Below, one piece after another: positions 20,469-29,570 of a DNA stretch of 45,190 nt. The DNA lies in NCBI GenBank assembly GCA_041493605.1, contig JBGPZD010000003.1:1-45190 (forward strand), written 5' to 3'. The DNA comes from Candidatus Methylomirabilia bacterium. GTDB taxonomy: Bacteria; Methylomirabilota; Methylomirabilia; Rokubacteriales; CSP1-6. The notes under the pieces were generated by a model. The model was not told where the DNA came from and ran no database searches. It worked only from the letters and a program-made list of their open reading frames with translations. Each line of letters begins with the position of its first letter. Position 1 is the first letter of the stretch. The translations under genes and the position numbers were made by a program.

Positions 20469-22081
20469 CTGCCGCCGATCAGCGCCTTGTACAGCTCGAC
20501 ACCGACCGGCGAGAGGTCGGAGCGGGTCTCGATCGGCAGCCCGGAGTTGGTCCACGCCCCGAGCCCGCCCTTGAGGATCCGCACGTCCTTGAATCCCAGC
20601 TTCCTCAGGTCTCGCGCCATCCTGGCGCTCGTGGCTTCGTCCGCTCAGGTGCAGTAGGCGACCACCGGGCGCGTCGTGTCGAGCTCGAGACCCGCCGTGC
20701 CGCTTTCGAGCTCCTCGGGGGCCAGGCGCACCGAGCCCGGGATCTTGATCGGCATGGCGTCATACGCCGCGGACTTGCGCGTGTCGAGGATGATCGGGTG
20801 CTTGCCCTCCTCGATGAGCTTCACCACTTCCGAGGGGCCGACCCGATAGCGGTTCCTCTGCCAGCGGATCAAGAACTGGGCGCCGTAGCCGCCGGCGCTC
20901 AGGAAGGTCACGCCGATGGCCACCCAGAACCAGGGGAAGGGCCGGGGCGGCGGGTTCTTCACCTTGTCCCGCGCCTCGCCGAGCATGCGCTTGACGTCGG
21001 GCTGGTTGGGCAGGATCTTCTCCGCGTCCTCGAAGCGCCGCGCGGCCCCCTTCCAGTCCTCGCCGAAGAAGGCGCGCAGGCCCGCAAACCAGATTTCGTT
21101 GAACTTGCTGGTGGCGGTGAGGTTGACCGGGGTGCCCGCCACGAAGGCATTCACGACATTCGACGCGATCATGAAGTTGAAGCCCTGGACGATGCTGCCC
21201 TCGGGCCCGGGCGCCAGCGACACGAAGGTGAGCACGCCCACGACGGCGCCCCTCTCGTCCACCGCCGGGCCGCCCGAGTTGCCCCAGGTCGCGGGGGCGT
21301 CCGTCTGGATCAGGGGGTTGTTGTTCTTGTCCTGCTTGAAACCGGAGATGGCGCCGTTGGTCACGGAGGCCTCGACCGTGGCCGACTGGTTCAGCAGCTC
21401 GTGGGAGAGCACCACGCCCGGGAAACCGATGATGTGGACGGGGTCGCCGATCTGCACCGTCTTGGAGTCGGCCAGCGGGAGCGCCGGGAAGTTTTCGCCC
21501 GGCACCTTGAGCAGCGCCAGATCACGCCCGGTCATCTCGCCGGCCTCAGCGCCCACCGGCGAGCTGTACTTTTTCACCTCGGCCTTGAGCCGGCCGCGGC
21601 TCGTGACGACGAAGACGCCGGGCTGCAGCGCCACCTTGGCCGTGGGCAACACCTGGTCGAGGAGCTTGCGCTTGGCGGCCTCCTCCAGGTCGGGCCGGTC
21701 ACCCGGCTGAAGCCCCATGCCTTTCAGGACCTTCGGTAGGCAGGCGGTCGACACCGCGCGCTGGGCCTGCTGGTTGACGAGCCACCGGGGCGTCTCGTGG
21801 GCCGGCTGGACCACGTGGCCGTTGGTGATCAGCCACCCGGCGGAATCGACGAACCAGCCCGTGCCGGTCTCCCGGAAGACGGGCGGCGTCACCTTGATCG
21901 GGCCGGCGCCGCAGTTGAGGGTGACCTCGGCGGTCACCTCGGCCACGACCAGCACGACGGCGGGCTTGGCGCGCAGCATGGCTTCCTGCACGGTGACGTT
22001 CCGCTGGGCGCCGGCCGTCGCGGGCAGGAGCGCGGCCAGGAGGAAGGCCCACGTCACTGGACGGCAGAAACGCAGTATCAT
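20465..22081 (-). CDS. putative selenoprotein: signal peptide + trypsin-like serine protease + TM helix + rhodanese domain (Sec at UGA 20645-20647)
   Basis: Protease triad TNGHVV / DLALLKV / GNSGGP. The rhodanese domain reads VVAYCT-TGA-ADEATSARMARDLRKLGFKDVRILKGGLGAW, in frame to TAG at 20465. Confidence 0.85.
20615..20647 (-). promoter_or_regulatory. bacterial SECIS-like hairpin after the in-frame UGA
   Basis: UGA + 16 nt + GCGCCA-GGA-UGGCGC stem-loop with a G-led apical loop. Confidence 0.6.
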
Positions 22082-22120
22082 AGGGCCACTGTCGGTCATT
22101 CTATACCAAAAGGAAAACCC

Positions 22121-22537
22121 ATGAGCCGCCAGATCGGGGAAGTGCCGACGCGGGAGTTCAAGGCTGGCGAGATTATCTTCCGGGAGGGCGACGACCCCAA
22201 GGGCGAGGCCTTCATGGTCCATATCGGCCAGGTGGAGGTCCGCAAGGCGGTCGGCGGCGAAGAGCGCCTGCTGCGGACGCTGGGCAAGGGCGAGCTGTTG
22301 GGGGAGCTGGCCCTCTTCCGGAGCGCCCCGCGCTCGGCCACGGCCGTGGCCGCCGAGGCTGTCACGCTCATGGTCATTCCCGCCAACCGCCTCGACCACA
22401 TGGTGCGGAGCAACCCGGCCCTGGCCGTGGCGCTGATCAAGGACCTCGCGAGCCGCATGCTGGCCGCCGAGGAGCGGGCGCGCGCGGCCGAGGACCGCGC
22501 CAAGGGCGGCGAGGCGGGCGGGGGCAAGAGCGGCTAG
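22121..22537 (+). CDS. stand-alone cyclic nucleotide-binding domain protein
   Basis: Motifs IIFREGD, GELLGELAL and PRSATAVA; AGGA SD. Confidence 0.88.
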   Translation: MSRQIGEVPTREFKAGEIIFREGDDPKGEAFMVHIGQVEVRKAVGGEERLLRTLGKGELLGELALFRSAPRSATAVAAEAVTLMVIPANRLDHMVRSNPALAVALIKDLASRMLAAEERARAAEDRAKGGEAGGGKSG

Positions 22538-23748
22538 CCCGGCAGGCTGAAGGTCTCGGCGGCGAGGCCGGCGATGTGGCGGCCGATCGCGAGCGACGCC
22601 GTGGCCGCCGGCGAGGGCGCGTTGACGACGTGGATGGCGCCCTCGGCCACGCCGATGCGGAAGTCGTCGACCAGGGAGCCGTCGGGGCTCACGGCCTGGG
22701 CCCGGACGCCCGCGCCCCCCCGCCCAATGTCGCCGCGCTCGATCTCCGGCACCAGCTTCTGCAGCGAGCGCACGAAGGCCGCCGTGCTGACCGAGCGGTA
22801 CATCTCGAAGCTGCCCATCCGCCAGTAGCGCCGCGCCATACGCCAGAAGCCGCGGTAGGCCAGAGTCCCCAGCAACTCTTGAGGCCGCACCGTGCTCAGG
22901 CGATAACCCTCGCGCGCGAAGGCCAGCACGGCGTTGGGCCCGGCCTCGATGTCGCCGTGGATGGTGCGCGTGAAGTGCACGCCCAGGAACGGGAACTCGG
23001 GGTTCGGCACCGGGTAGATCAGGTTGCGCACGAGCTCGCGCCGCTCGGCGCGCAGCATGTAGTACTCACCGCGGAACGGAATGATCCGCACCTCGGGGCG
23101 CACACCCATGAGCCGCGCGACGCGGTCGGACTGCAGCCCGCCGCAGTTGATCAGATGCCGCGCCGGCACGGACCCCTGGGGCGTCTCCAGCGTGAGGCCG
23201 TCGGCCCCGCGGCGGATCGCCGTGACTTCGGCGCCCGTCAGGATCCGGGCGCCTCGCTCCCGGATCAGCGCCCCCATCTTCTCGGCCACCTGGACGTAAT
23301 CCACGATGCTCGTCTCGGGCACGAGGATGGCGCGCACCGCCCGGCAGTGGGGCTCGTACTCCTTCACCTCGGCGCCCGAAAGCAGCCGGAGGCCGCGGAG
23401 CCCGTTCTGCCCGCCGCGATCGTAGATGGCCTGGAGCCGCGGCAGCTCGGTCTCGTCGGTAGCGACGATCACCTTGCCGCACTCCTCCCAGGCCACACCG
23501 TGCATCTCGCAGAACTGCTTCATGCTGCGCGCGCCCTCGACGCACAACCGAGCCTTGAGCGAGCCGGGCTTGTAGTAGATGCCCGAGTGGATGACGCCGC
23601 TGTTGTGGCCGGTCTGGTGGGCGGCCAGGCGGGGCTCTTTGTCGAGGAGGACGAGCCGCGCCCGGGAATGGGCCTCCGTCAGGGCCAGCGCGGTGGCGAG
23701 GCCGACGATGCCGCCGCCGATGATCGCGATGTCAGCCTGCTGGGGCAC
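22534..23748 (-). CDS. lhgO: L-2-hydroxyglutarate oxidase family FAD oxidoreductase
   Basis: Motifs IIGGGIVG, HQTGHNSGVIHSGIYY, PFRGEY, PFLGVH and NAPSPAATASL; GTG start at 23748. Confidence 0.9.
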   Translation of the reverse strand: MPQQADIAIIGGGIVGLATALALTEAHSRARLVLLDKEPRLAAHQTGHNSGVIHSGIYYKPGSLKARLCVEGARSMKQFCEMHGVAWEECGKVIVATDETELPRLQAIYDRGGQNGLRGLRLLSGAEVKEYEPHCRAVRAILVPETSIVDYVQVAEKMGALIRERGARILTGAEVTAIRRGADGLTLETPQGSVPARHLINCGGLQSDRVARLMGVRPEVRIIPFRGEYYMLRAERRELVRNLIYPVPNPEFPFLGVHFTRTIHGDIEAGPNAVLAFAREGYRLSTVRPQELLGTLAYRGFWRMARRYWRMGSFEMYRSVSTAAFVRSLQKLVPEIERGDIGRGGAGVRAQAVSPDGSLVDDFRIGVAEGAIHVVNAPSPAATASLAIGRHIAGLAAETFSLPG

Positions 23749-23769
23749 GGCGAGGAGGATACCACGCCC

Positions 23770-23799
23770 TTGACACTCCCCTGCGCGGGCGCCTAGACT
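23770..23799 (+). promoter_or_regulatory. sigma70-type promoter of the rSAM operon
   Basis: TTGACA-18 bp-TAGACT upstream of a GGAGG SD and ATG 23844. Confidence 0.6.
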
Positions 23800-23843
23800 C
23801 TCCCCAATCTCGGTTGGACCACACCAACACCCTGGAGGACCCC

Positions 23844-25241
23844 ATGAAACCCTCCACGTACACCGTGCCGATCGAGCTCGAGACGAGCGGCGTCCTCCTC
23901 CTGTACAACGCCCGCAGCGGGGCGCTCCTCGAGTTTCCGATGTCACGCCGGCCGGCCGTCGACGCCCTCCTCGCCCGGCCACCGGCCGGTGCGCCCGCGC
24001 CGGGCGGCGAGGCGGATCCACTGCTCGCTCAGCTCTCGAACCACGGCTTCCTCATCCCGGACGAGCTCGACGAACTTGCCCACCTGGAGGCTCAGTACAA
24101 GCGCGCGCGGGAGAGCCGCGGCCAATTCTCGCTCACGATCGCTCCCACGGTGAACTGCAACTTTCGCTGCACCTACTGCTATCAGGAGCATCCCAATACC
24201 AAGATGAGCGTCCCGGTGCAGGACGCCCTCGTCGAGCGGGTCCGGAAGGAGGCAGGCGAGGGAAAGCAGATCTCGGTGACGTGGTTCGGGGGGGAACCGC
24301 TGCTCGCTCTGGATGTGATCGAATCCCTCACTCGGCGGTTCCTGGAGGTCGCCGCAGCGGCCCGGGTCGAATACTCCGCCTGGATGATTACGAATGCTTC
24401 GCTGCTGACGCGCAAGGTCGCCGAGACGCTGAAGGAGCTGCGGGTCAACAAGGTCCAGGTTACGCTCGACGGGCCGCCCGAGGTCCACGATGCCCGCCGC
24501 TTCAAGGTCGGCAAAAAGCCGACCTTCGACACCATCGTCGGGAATCTTCGGGACGTATGCGATCTCCTGGAGATCTCGCTCCGCATCAACTGCGACGCGA
24601 CCAACGGCCACCGTGTCCTGGAGCTGCTCGACATCCTGGAGGCGGAGGGACTCAAGGGACGGGTCAACCCCTACCTCGCCCATGTGCAGGCGTACACCGA
24701 GGTCTGTGCCGACGTGGCCACCACCTGCATGAGCGGTCCGGAGTTCAGCCGCTTCGAGGCCGAGACGTACCTGGAAATATACCGAAAAGGGTGGGGCGTG
24801 TCGGTCAGGCCCCAGCCGCGGACGAGCGTCTGCATCGCCGATAAGGCCAATGGCTCGGTCGTCGACCCGACGGGGCGGATCTACAAGTGCTGGAACGACA
24901 TGACGCGCCCCAAGGAGGCGGTGGATCACCTCCAGCTCATCCCCACCATCGAGATGAAGAAGAACCGTCAGAAGTGGGACGCGTGGACGCCGTTCACGCT
25001 CCCCGAGTGCCGGTCGTGCAAGATGCTGCCGGTCTGCCTCGGAGGCTGCGCCTTCGATGCCATGAAGGTTCCCAACCCGACTCACGGCGACTGCACCCAT
25101 TGGAAATGGAACATCAAGGAAGTGCTCGCCCTGAACTACCTCCAAGGCGAGCAGCAGGACTTCCAGACGGCCCTGGAGGAGGCCCTCATGACCCATCAGT
25201 GGCAGGCCCCGGCAGCCGTCCCCGAACCCGCGACCGCGTGA
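23844..25241 (+). CDS. radical SAM/SPASM peptide/protein maturase with N-terminal RRE-like region
   Basis: CNFRCTYC, WFGGEPLL and QVTLDG. SPASM Cys pattern C..YKCW...CRSCKMLPVCLGGC...C. N-terminal 'LLYNARSGA...LSNHGFLI'. Confidence 0.92.
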   Translation: MKPSTYTVPIELETSGVLLLYNARSGALLEFPMSRRPAVDALLARPPAGAPAPGGEADPLLAQLSNHGFLIPDELDELAHLEAQYKRARESRGQFSLTIAPTVNCNFRCTYCYQEHPNTKMSVPVQDALVERVRKEAGEGKQISVTWFGGEPLLALDVIESLTRRFLEVAAAARVEYSAWMITNASLLTRKVAETLKELRVNKVQVTLDGPPEVHDARRFKVGKKPTFDTIVGNLRDVCDLLEISLRINCDATNGHRVLELLDILEAEGLKGRVNPYLAHVQAYTEVCADVATTCMSGPEFSRFEAETYLEIYRKGWGVSVRPQPRTSVCIADKANGSVVDPTGRIYKCWNDMTRPKEAVDHLQLIPTIEMKKNRQKWDAWTPFTLPECRSCKMLPVCLGGCAFDAMKVPNPTHGDCTHWKWNIKEVLALNYLQGEQQDFQTALEEALMTHQWQAPAAVPEPATA

Positions 25242-25255
25242 GTGGGAGAGCCACC

Positions 25256-26131
25256 ATGGAACGCGACGACGTCACAGCGATCATCGAGGCGGTAAGGGTC
25301 CGACTGAGCGGCTTCGACCACATCACCCGGCGCGAGGTATTGAAGGCGCTTCTAAAGAACAGCGCGTTCCTGGCCCTGCTGGCCGGTGGGGGCGCAGGAA
25401 TCCTCGAGCCGTCGCCGGCCGGCGCCCAGCAGCGAACATCCGTCTCAGCAGCAGCCCTCAGAGCCGCGCCGCCCGATCGCGCGTTTGACCGGCAGCGTAC
25501 CGTGTTCACCGAGGGGATGCAGGCCTGGTTGGACCAGATGATTCAGGACATCCTACTGCAGTTAGGCGATATCACCACCGGCAAGAGGGTTGATCCACGC
25601 ACCGGGCGAAGCGAAGGCTATTGCGGGAAAGACACCTGCGAAAGCGATGGGTGCGCGAGTGACACATGTGGCGACAACGCCTGTGGTAAGGACAGCTGCA
25701 ACGAGAACGGCTGTGCATCAGATGGGTGTGCTGACACCAACACATGCGGCAAGCAGGGGTGCTATGATCGGAACGTGTGTGCCGACCGTAACACCTGTAC
25801 CGAGCAGAATTGTGGCACCTTCGTCTGTCCTTCCAATACGTCGGTCGGAGGTTGGCTGAGCCCACGGGAGTTCCTCCAGCGGTATCAGAAGGAGCCGTTC
25901 GTCCGAGAGCTGACGGAGCTGTTCGGCCGGAACGTCGAGAGGGAGCTGCAAAACATGATCGTGAGGGGGACGACCCTGCGCAGCCGTGGGCTGGTCGGTA
26001 CTGGGGCCCCCCCGCCACTCCCCGCGCGCTCTTTCGGCGACATTCTGCGCGACCTGCCGGGCGAGCGGCTACGGCGCACCCCGCCGACGGGTCCGCCGCC
26101 GGCCGCCCCAAAGCCGCGGACGCCACAATAG
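25256..26131 (+). CDS. Tat-signal, Cys-ladder protein; putative rSAM substrate (291 aa)
   Basis: TRREVLK, an h-region and PAGA|Q cleavage site; 14 Cys spaced every 5-6 residues; GGAG SD before ATG 25256. Confidence 0.8.
   Translation: MERDDVTAIIEAVRVRLSGFDHITRREVLKALLKNSAFLALLAGGGAGILEPSPAGAQQRTSVSAAALRAAPPDRAFDRQRTVFTEGMQAWLDQMIQDILLQLGDITTGKRVDPRTGRSEGYCGKDTCESDGCASDTCGDNACGKDSCNENGCASDGCADTNTCGKQGCYDRNVCADRNTCTEQNCGTFVCPSNTSVGGWLSPREFLQRYQKEPFVRELTELFGRNVERELQNMIVRGTTLRSRGLVGTGAPPPLPARSFGDILRDLPGERLRRTPPTGPPPAAPKPRTPQ
25622..25828 (+). repeat. degenerate 15/18-nt repeats encoding C-x4/5 units
   Basis: CGKDT CESDG CASDT CGDNA CGKDS CNENG CASDG CADTNT CGKQG CYDRNV CADRNT CTEQN CGTFV C. Confidence 0.85.
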
Positions 26132-26134
26132 CCC

Positions 26135-27463
26135 GTGAGAGGCCTGCGGCGTCCCATCGGCTGGCTCGCGGTCGCGCTCTGCCTCGGGGCCACGCCGGCC
26201 GGGGCGCAGACGCCCTCGCTCGAGGACACCCCCGCGGGCCAGGCGTTCAAGGCGCGGCAGTACGAGGCGGCGCTCGTGGAGTTCCAGAAGCTCGCCGCAG
26301 CGAATCCCGGCGACGGGCTCGTCCAACGTTACCTCGCGCTGACGCTCGACCGGCTCGGCCGCTATCGCGAGGCCATCGAAGCCTTCCAACGGGCGCTCGC
26401 GTTGGCTCCCGACAACACCGCCACCCACTTTCACCTGGGTGCGACCTATTACAAGGCTGGGGCGCCGGACCTGGCCGACGCGAGCCTCCGCCGCGCGCTC
26501 CGGCTAGGGCCCGACACGCTGTACGCCGGGCTGGCCCGGCGGTATCTGGACGCGATCGCCCAGCAGCGGCTCCAGCTGCAGCGAGCGGGCGCACCGCCGC
26601 CGGTCGGCTTCTCGCTCACCGTGGGCGTGCAGCAGGACTCCAATATCCCGGCGGCCCCGGCCGACCGCTCCCTGTTCGACGGCCCCCGCGCTGGGCTGCG
26701 CGTGTTCGAGCAGCTCGCCGTGGAGTACCGGTTCCTGCGGACACCAGGTTGGTTTGGCTCCTTCGACGCGTCCTCCTACCAATCCGAGTACCCGGGCGGG
26801 GGGTTCCAGCCGTTCCAGCTCTCGACCTATGGCGTGGGCGGCACGCTCCAGCGGACGACCGCGCTCGGAGGCCTCCCGGTGACCGGCTCGCTGCGCTACG
26901 AACACATCTGGGCGCTGCTCGACGGCGACCAGTTCAGCCGCTCGCACGTCGTCACCCTGGCCAGTCAGGTCGGCCTCACGGCGAACACCACAACCCACCT
27001 CTACTACCGCTACGCGAGGGACGACTTCGAAGAGAGGGGGTTCCAGCCCGATCTCTCCTCGCGCGACGGAAACGCCCACACGTTCGGCCTGGCCCAGATC
27101 TGGTACTTCGCCGGCCGCCGCGGGCTGCTGCGGCTCGGGTACGAGTTCCAGCACAACGACACCGAGGGTCGCAACTTCGATATGGACGGTCACAAGGTGA
27201 GCCTCGGGGCGGCCATCCCGCTGTGGTGGGGGATCCAGGCCGATCTCGGGGTTGCGTATGCCCACGAGCGCTATCCCGACTTTCAGGGCGTCTTCGGCAA
27301 GCGAGAGACCGACCGCTGGACCGCCGAGGCGGGACTGAGCCGGTGGCTCAGCCGCCACCTGCGCCTGAACCTGAACTACGCGTACATTGACGAGGACTCC
27401 AACTACGCCATCCTGTCCTACCGGCGCTGGGTCACGGGGGTGAGTCTCACCTATGTATACTAG
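26135..27463 (+). CDS. TPR + outer-membrane beta-barrel protein, Slam/DUF560 (type XI secretion)-like
   Basis: Sec signal (PAGA|Q) and TPRs (YREAIEAFQRALALAP, FHLGATYY). The 'DSNI' barrel start is followed by amphipathic strands and a terminal GVSLTYVY beta-signal. Confidence 0.72.
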   Translation: MRGLRRPIGWLAVALCLGATPAGAQTPSLEDTPAGQAFKARQYEAALVEFQKLAAANPGDGLVQRYLALTLDRLGRYREAIEAFQRALALAPDNTATHFHLGATYYKAGAPDLADASLRRALRLGPDTLYAGLARRYLDAIAQQRLQLQRAGAPPPVGFSLTVGVQQDSNIPAAPADRSLFDGPRAGLRVFEQLAVEYRFLRTPGWFGSFDASSYQSEYPGGGFQPFQLSTYGVGGTLQRTTALGGLPVTGSLRYEHIWALLDGDQFSRSHVVTLASQVGLTANTTTHLYYRYARDDFEERGFQPDLSSRDGNAHTFGLAQIWYFAGRRGLLRLGYEFQHNDTEGRNFDMDGHKVSLGAAIPLWWGIQADLGVAYAHERYPDFQGVFGKRETDRWTAEAGLSRWLSRHLRLNLNYAYIDEDSNYAILSYRRWVTGVSLTYVY

Positions 27464-27773
27464 GGACGTGGGGATCGCTTGGATTTGGATCGCTCTCCTG
27501 CTCGCGCTCGTGGCGCTGGGGGCCACGGTGCCCGCCCCGGCCCACGCCCAGGGCGCCAGGCCGGTGGCCGGGCTATCGGCCGACGAGACTCTGGATCTGG
27601 CGCTCGGAGCGCTCGAAGGGCCAGCCGTCCAGCGAGTCTTGGTTCCACCCGGTAGCCCGGAAGGGCCGGCGGTGTTCCCGCCCTACCAGCAGCAGCCGCC
27701 CGCCGCCCAGAGCGACCTCCGGCTGCCCGCCTCGACCCTCGGCGCGAAGGCCAAGAAGGGCAAGGGCAAGTAG
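27453..27773 (+). CDS. small secreted protein of unknown function
   Basis: Signal peptide ending PAHA|Q, Pro-rich body and KAKKGKGK tail; overlaps the upstream gene. Confidence 0.55.
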   Translation: MYTRDVGIAWIWIALLLALVALGATVPAPAHAQGARPVAGLSADETLDLALGALEGPAVQRVLVPPGSPEGPAVFPPYQQQPPAAQSDLRLPASTLGAKAKKGKGK

Positions 27774-27785
27774 CCCCGCAGCCCC

Positions 27786-28547
27786 CTAGTCCAACACGAG
27801 CGTGATCGGGCAGTGGTCGGAGCCCTGGACGTGCGGCAGGATTGTCGCCGCCCGGACCCGGCGCCTGAGCTCGTCGGAGACGAAGAAGTAGTCGATCCGC
27901 CAGCCGACATTGCGCGCCCGCGCCCCGCTCTTGAGGTCCCACCACGTGTAGTGCCCGGGCTCGGTGACGAAGAGCCGGAAGGTGTCGTGGTAGCCGTGGG
28001 CGATGAACTTCGACACCCAGTCGCGTTCGATGGGCATGAAGCCCGAGGTCTTCTCGTTCTCCTTGGGCCGCGCCAGGTCGATCTCGGTGTGGGCGGTGTT
28101 GACGTCCCCGCAGACCACGATCCCCTTGCCGCCCCGCCTCAGCCGTTCGCAGAGCGCCAGGAAGTCGTCGTAGAAGGTGAGCTTGTGCGCCAGGCGCTCC
28201 GGGCCCATGCCGCCGTTGGGGAAGTAGACGTTGAAGAGGTGGAAGTCGGGGAACTCGGTGTGGACGATCCGCCCCTCGGCGTCCAGCGCCGGCGTGCCGC
28301 CCGCGGTGGTGACGGCCAGCGGGGCGGGCCCGGTGTACGTCACGACGCCGCTGTAGCCCTTTTTCTCGGCGAAGCTCCAGTGGGCCCGGTAGTCCAGCAG
28401 GCCCTTCATCTCGTCGGTGAGCTGGTCGGGCTGGATCTTGGTTTCCTGGAGGCAGAGCACGTCGGGCCCCTCGGCGGCGGCGAACTCGGCGAAGCCCTTC
28501 TTCCAGGCGGCCCGCAGGCCGTTGACGTTCCAGGAAACCAGCTTCAC
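27786..28547 (-). CDS. xth: exodeoxyribonuclease III
   Basis: Motifs SWNVNGLRA, LQETK, GYSGV, YFPNG, GDVNTAH, WRIDYF and SDHCP; GTG start at 28547. Confidence 0.95.
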   Translation of the reverse strand: MKLVSWNVNGLRAAWKKGFAEFAAAEGPDVLCLQETKIQPDQLTDEMKGLLDYRAHWSFAEKKGYSGVVTYTGPAPLAVTTAGGTPALDAEGRIVHTEFPDFHLFNVYFPNGGMGPERLAHKLTFYDDFLALCERLRRGGKGIVVCGDVNTAHTEIDLARPKENEKTSGFMPIERDWVSKFIAHGYHDTFRLFVTEPGHYTWWDLKSGARARNVGWRIDYFFVSDELRRRVRAATILPHVQGSDHCPITLVLD

Positions 28548-28717
28548 CCGAGCAACACCTCCGAAATGTCCGCGGTCCGGGCCATCACGCCTTACTCTAC
28601 CGCGCCCGGCCGGGTCGCCGCCAGCCCGGGCGCCGCCGGCGCCTTGACCAGGGTGGAGACGGCGGTTAGGATGCGGAGGTTGCACGGAGCGACAGATTCG
28701 ACGAGGAGGGAGAGGAC

Positions 28718-29488
28718 ATGCTCGAGCTGGGGCTCGCAGGCAAGGTCGCCATCGTCACGGGCGGCAGCGAGGGGCTGGGCCGGGCCGCGGCCGAGCGTCT
28801 CGCCGCCGAAGGCTGCCGCGTGAACATCTGCGCACGCCGTGCGGACCTGCTCGAGCGCGCGGCGGAGGCCATCCGCCGGAAGACCGGGGCGGAGGTACTG
28901 GCGCAGCCCGCCGACGTCACGCGCGTTGAGGACGTCGAGCGCGTGGTCGGCGCCACGGTCAGCGCCTTCGGCGGCGTGGACATCCTGCTCAACAACGCCG
29001 GCACCTCGGCGGCCGGCGGATTCGAAGCGGTGGACGACCGCGCCTGGCAAACCGACATCGACCTGAAGCTCATGGCCGCGGTGCGCTTCTGCCGCCTCGT
29101 CATCCCGCACATGAAGCAGCGGGGCGGCGGCCGCATCATCAACGTCACCACCGTGGGCGGCAAGACCCCCGCGCCCAAGGCATTGCCTACCAGCGTGACG
29201 CGCGCGGCCGGGATCAACCTCACCAAATCGCTGGCCCACGAGTACGCGGCCGACCGAATCCTGGTGAATACCATCTGCCTGGGGCTGGTGAAGAGCGCCC
29301 AGTGGGAACGCCGGGCCACGGGCGACCCGGAGGCCTACTACCGCGAGGTGGCGCGCCGCGTGCCCATCGGGCGCGTGGGTGAGGCTGAGGAGTTCGCCGA
29401 CCTGGTGGCCTTCCTCGCCTCCGAGCGCGCCGGCTACATTACGGGAACGGCCATCAACTTCGACGGCGGCATGTCCGCCTCCGTCTAG
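28718..29488 (+). CDS. short-chain dehydrogenase/reductase (atypical, Tyr replaced)
   Basis: TGGSEGLG, NNAG and DGG; TSVTR in place of YxxxK. Confidence 0.9.
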   Translation: MLELGLAGKVAIVTGGSEGLGRAAAERLAAEGCRVNICARRADLLERAAEAIRRKTGAEVLAQPADVTRVEDVERVVGATVSAFGGVDILLNNAGTSAAGGFEAVDDRAWQTDIDLKLMAAVRFCRLVIPHMKQRGGGRIINVTTVGGKTPAPKALPTSVTRAAGINLTKSLAHEYAADRILVNTICLGLVKSAQWERRATGDPEAYYREVARRVPIGRVGEAEEFADLVAFLASERAGYITGTAINFDGGMSASV

Positions 29489-29528
29489 AAGAAGAGTCCC
29501 GGCTGATAGTGCCGGGGCTCGGCCTCGC

Positions 29529-29565
29529 TCCCTCTCCCCTCGGGGGAGAGGGCGGGGTGAGGGGG
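29529..29565. repeat. REP-like palindromic intergenic element
   Basis: CCCTCTCCCC-tcg-GGGGAGAGGG-CGGGGTGAGGGG lies between convergent genes; a degenerate inverted copy is at ~18943-18976. Confidence 0.6.
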
Positions 29566-29570
29566 CGCTC

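Noticed and set aside
22082-22399. N-terminal extension of the protease ORF
   Set aside because: It is antisense to the cNMP-binding gene; the signal peptide starts at ~22081.
24887-25255. Upstream extension of the Cys-ladder ORF
   Set aside because: It overlaps the rSAM gene. The SD and Tat motif support ATG 25256.
25622-25828. CRISPR-like or c-type heme-binding interpretation of the repeats
   Set aside because: There is no conserved DNA repeat/spacer structure, no cas genes and no CxxCH motifs.
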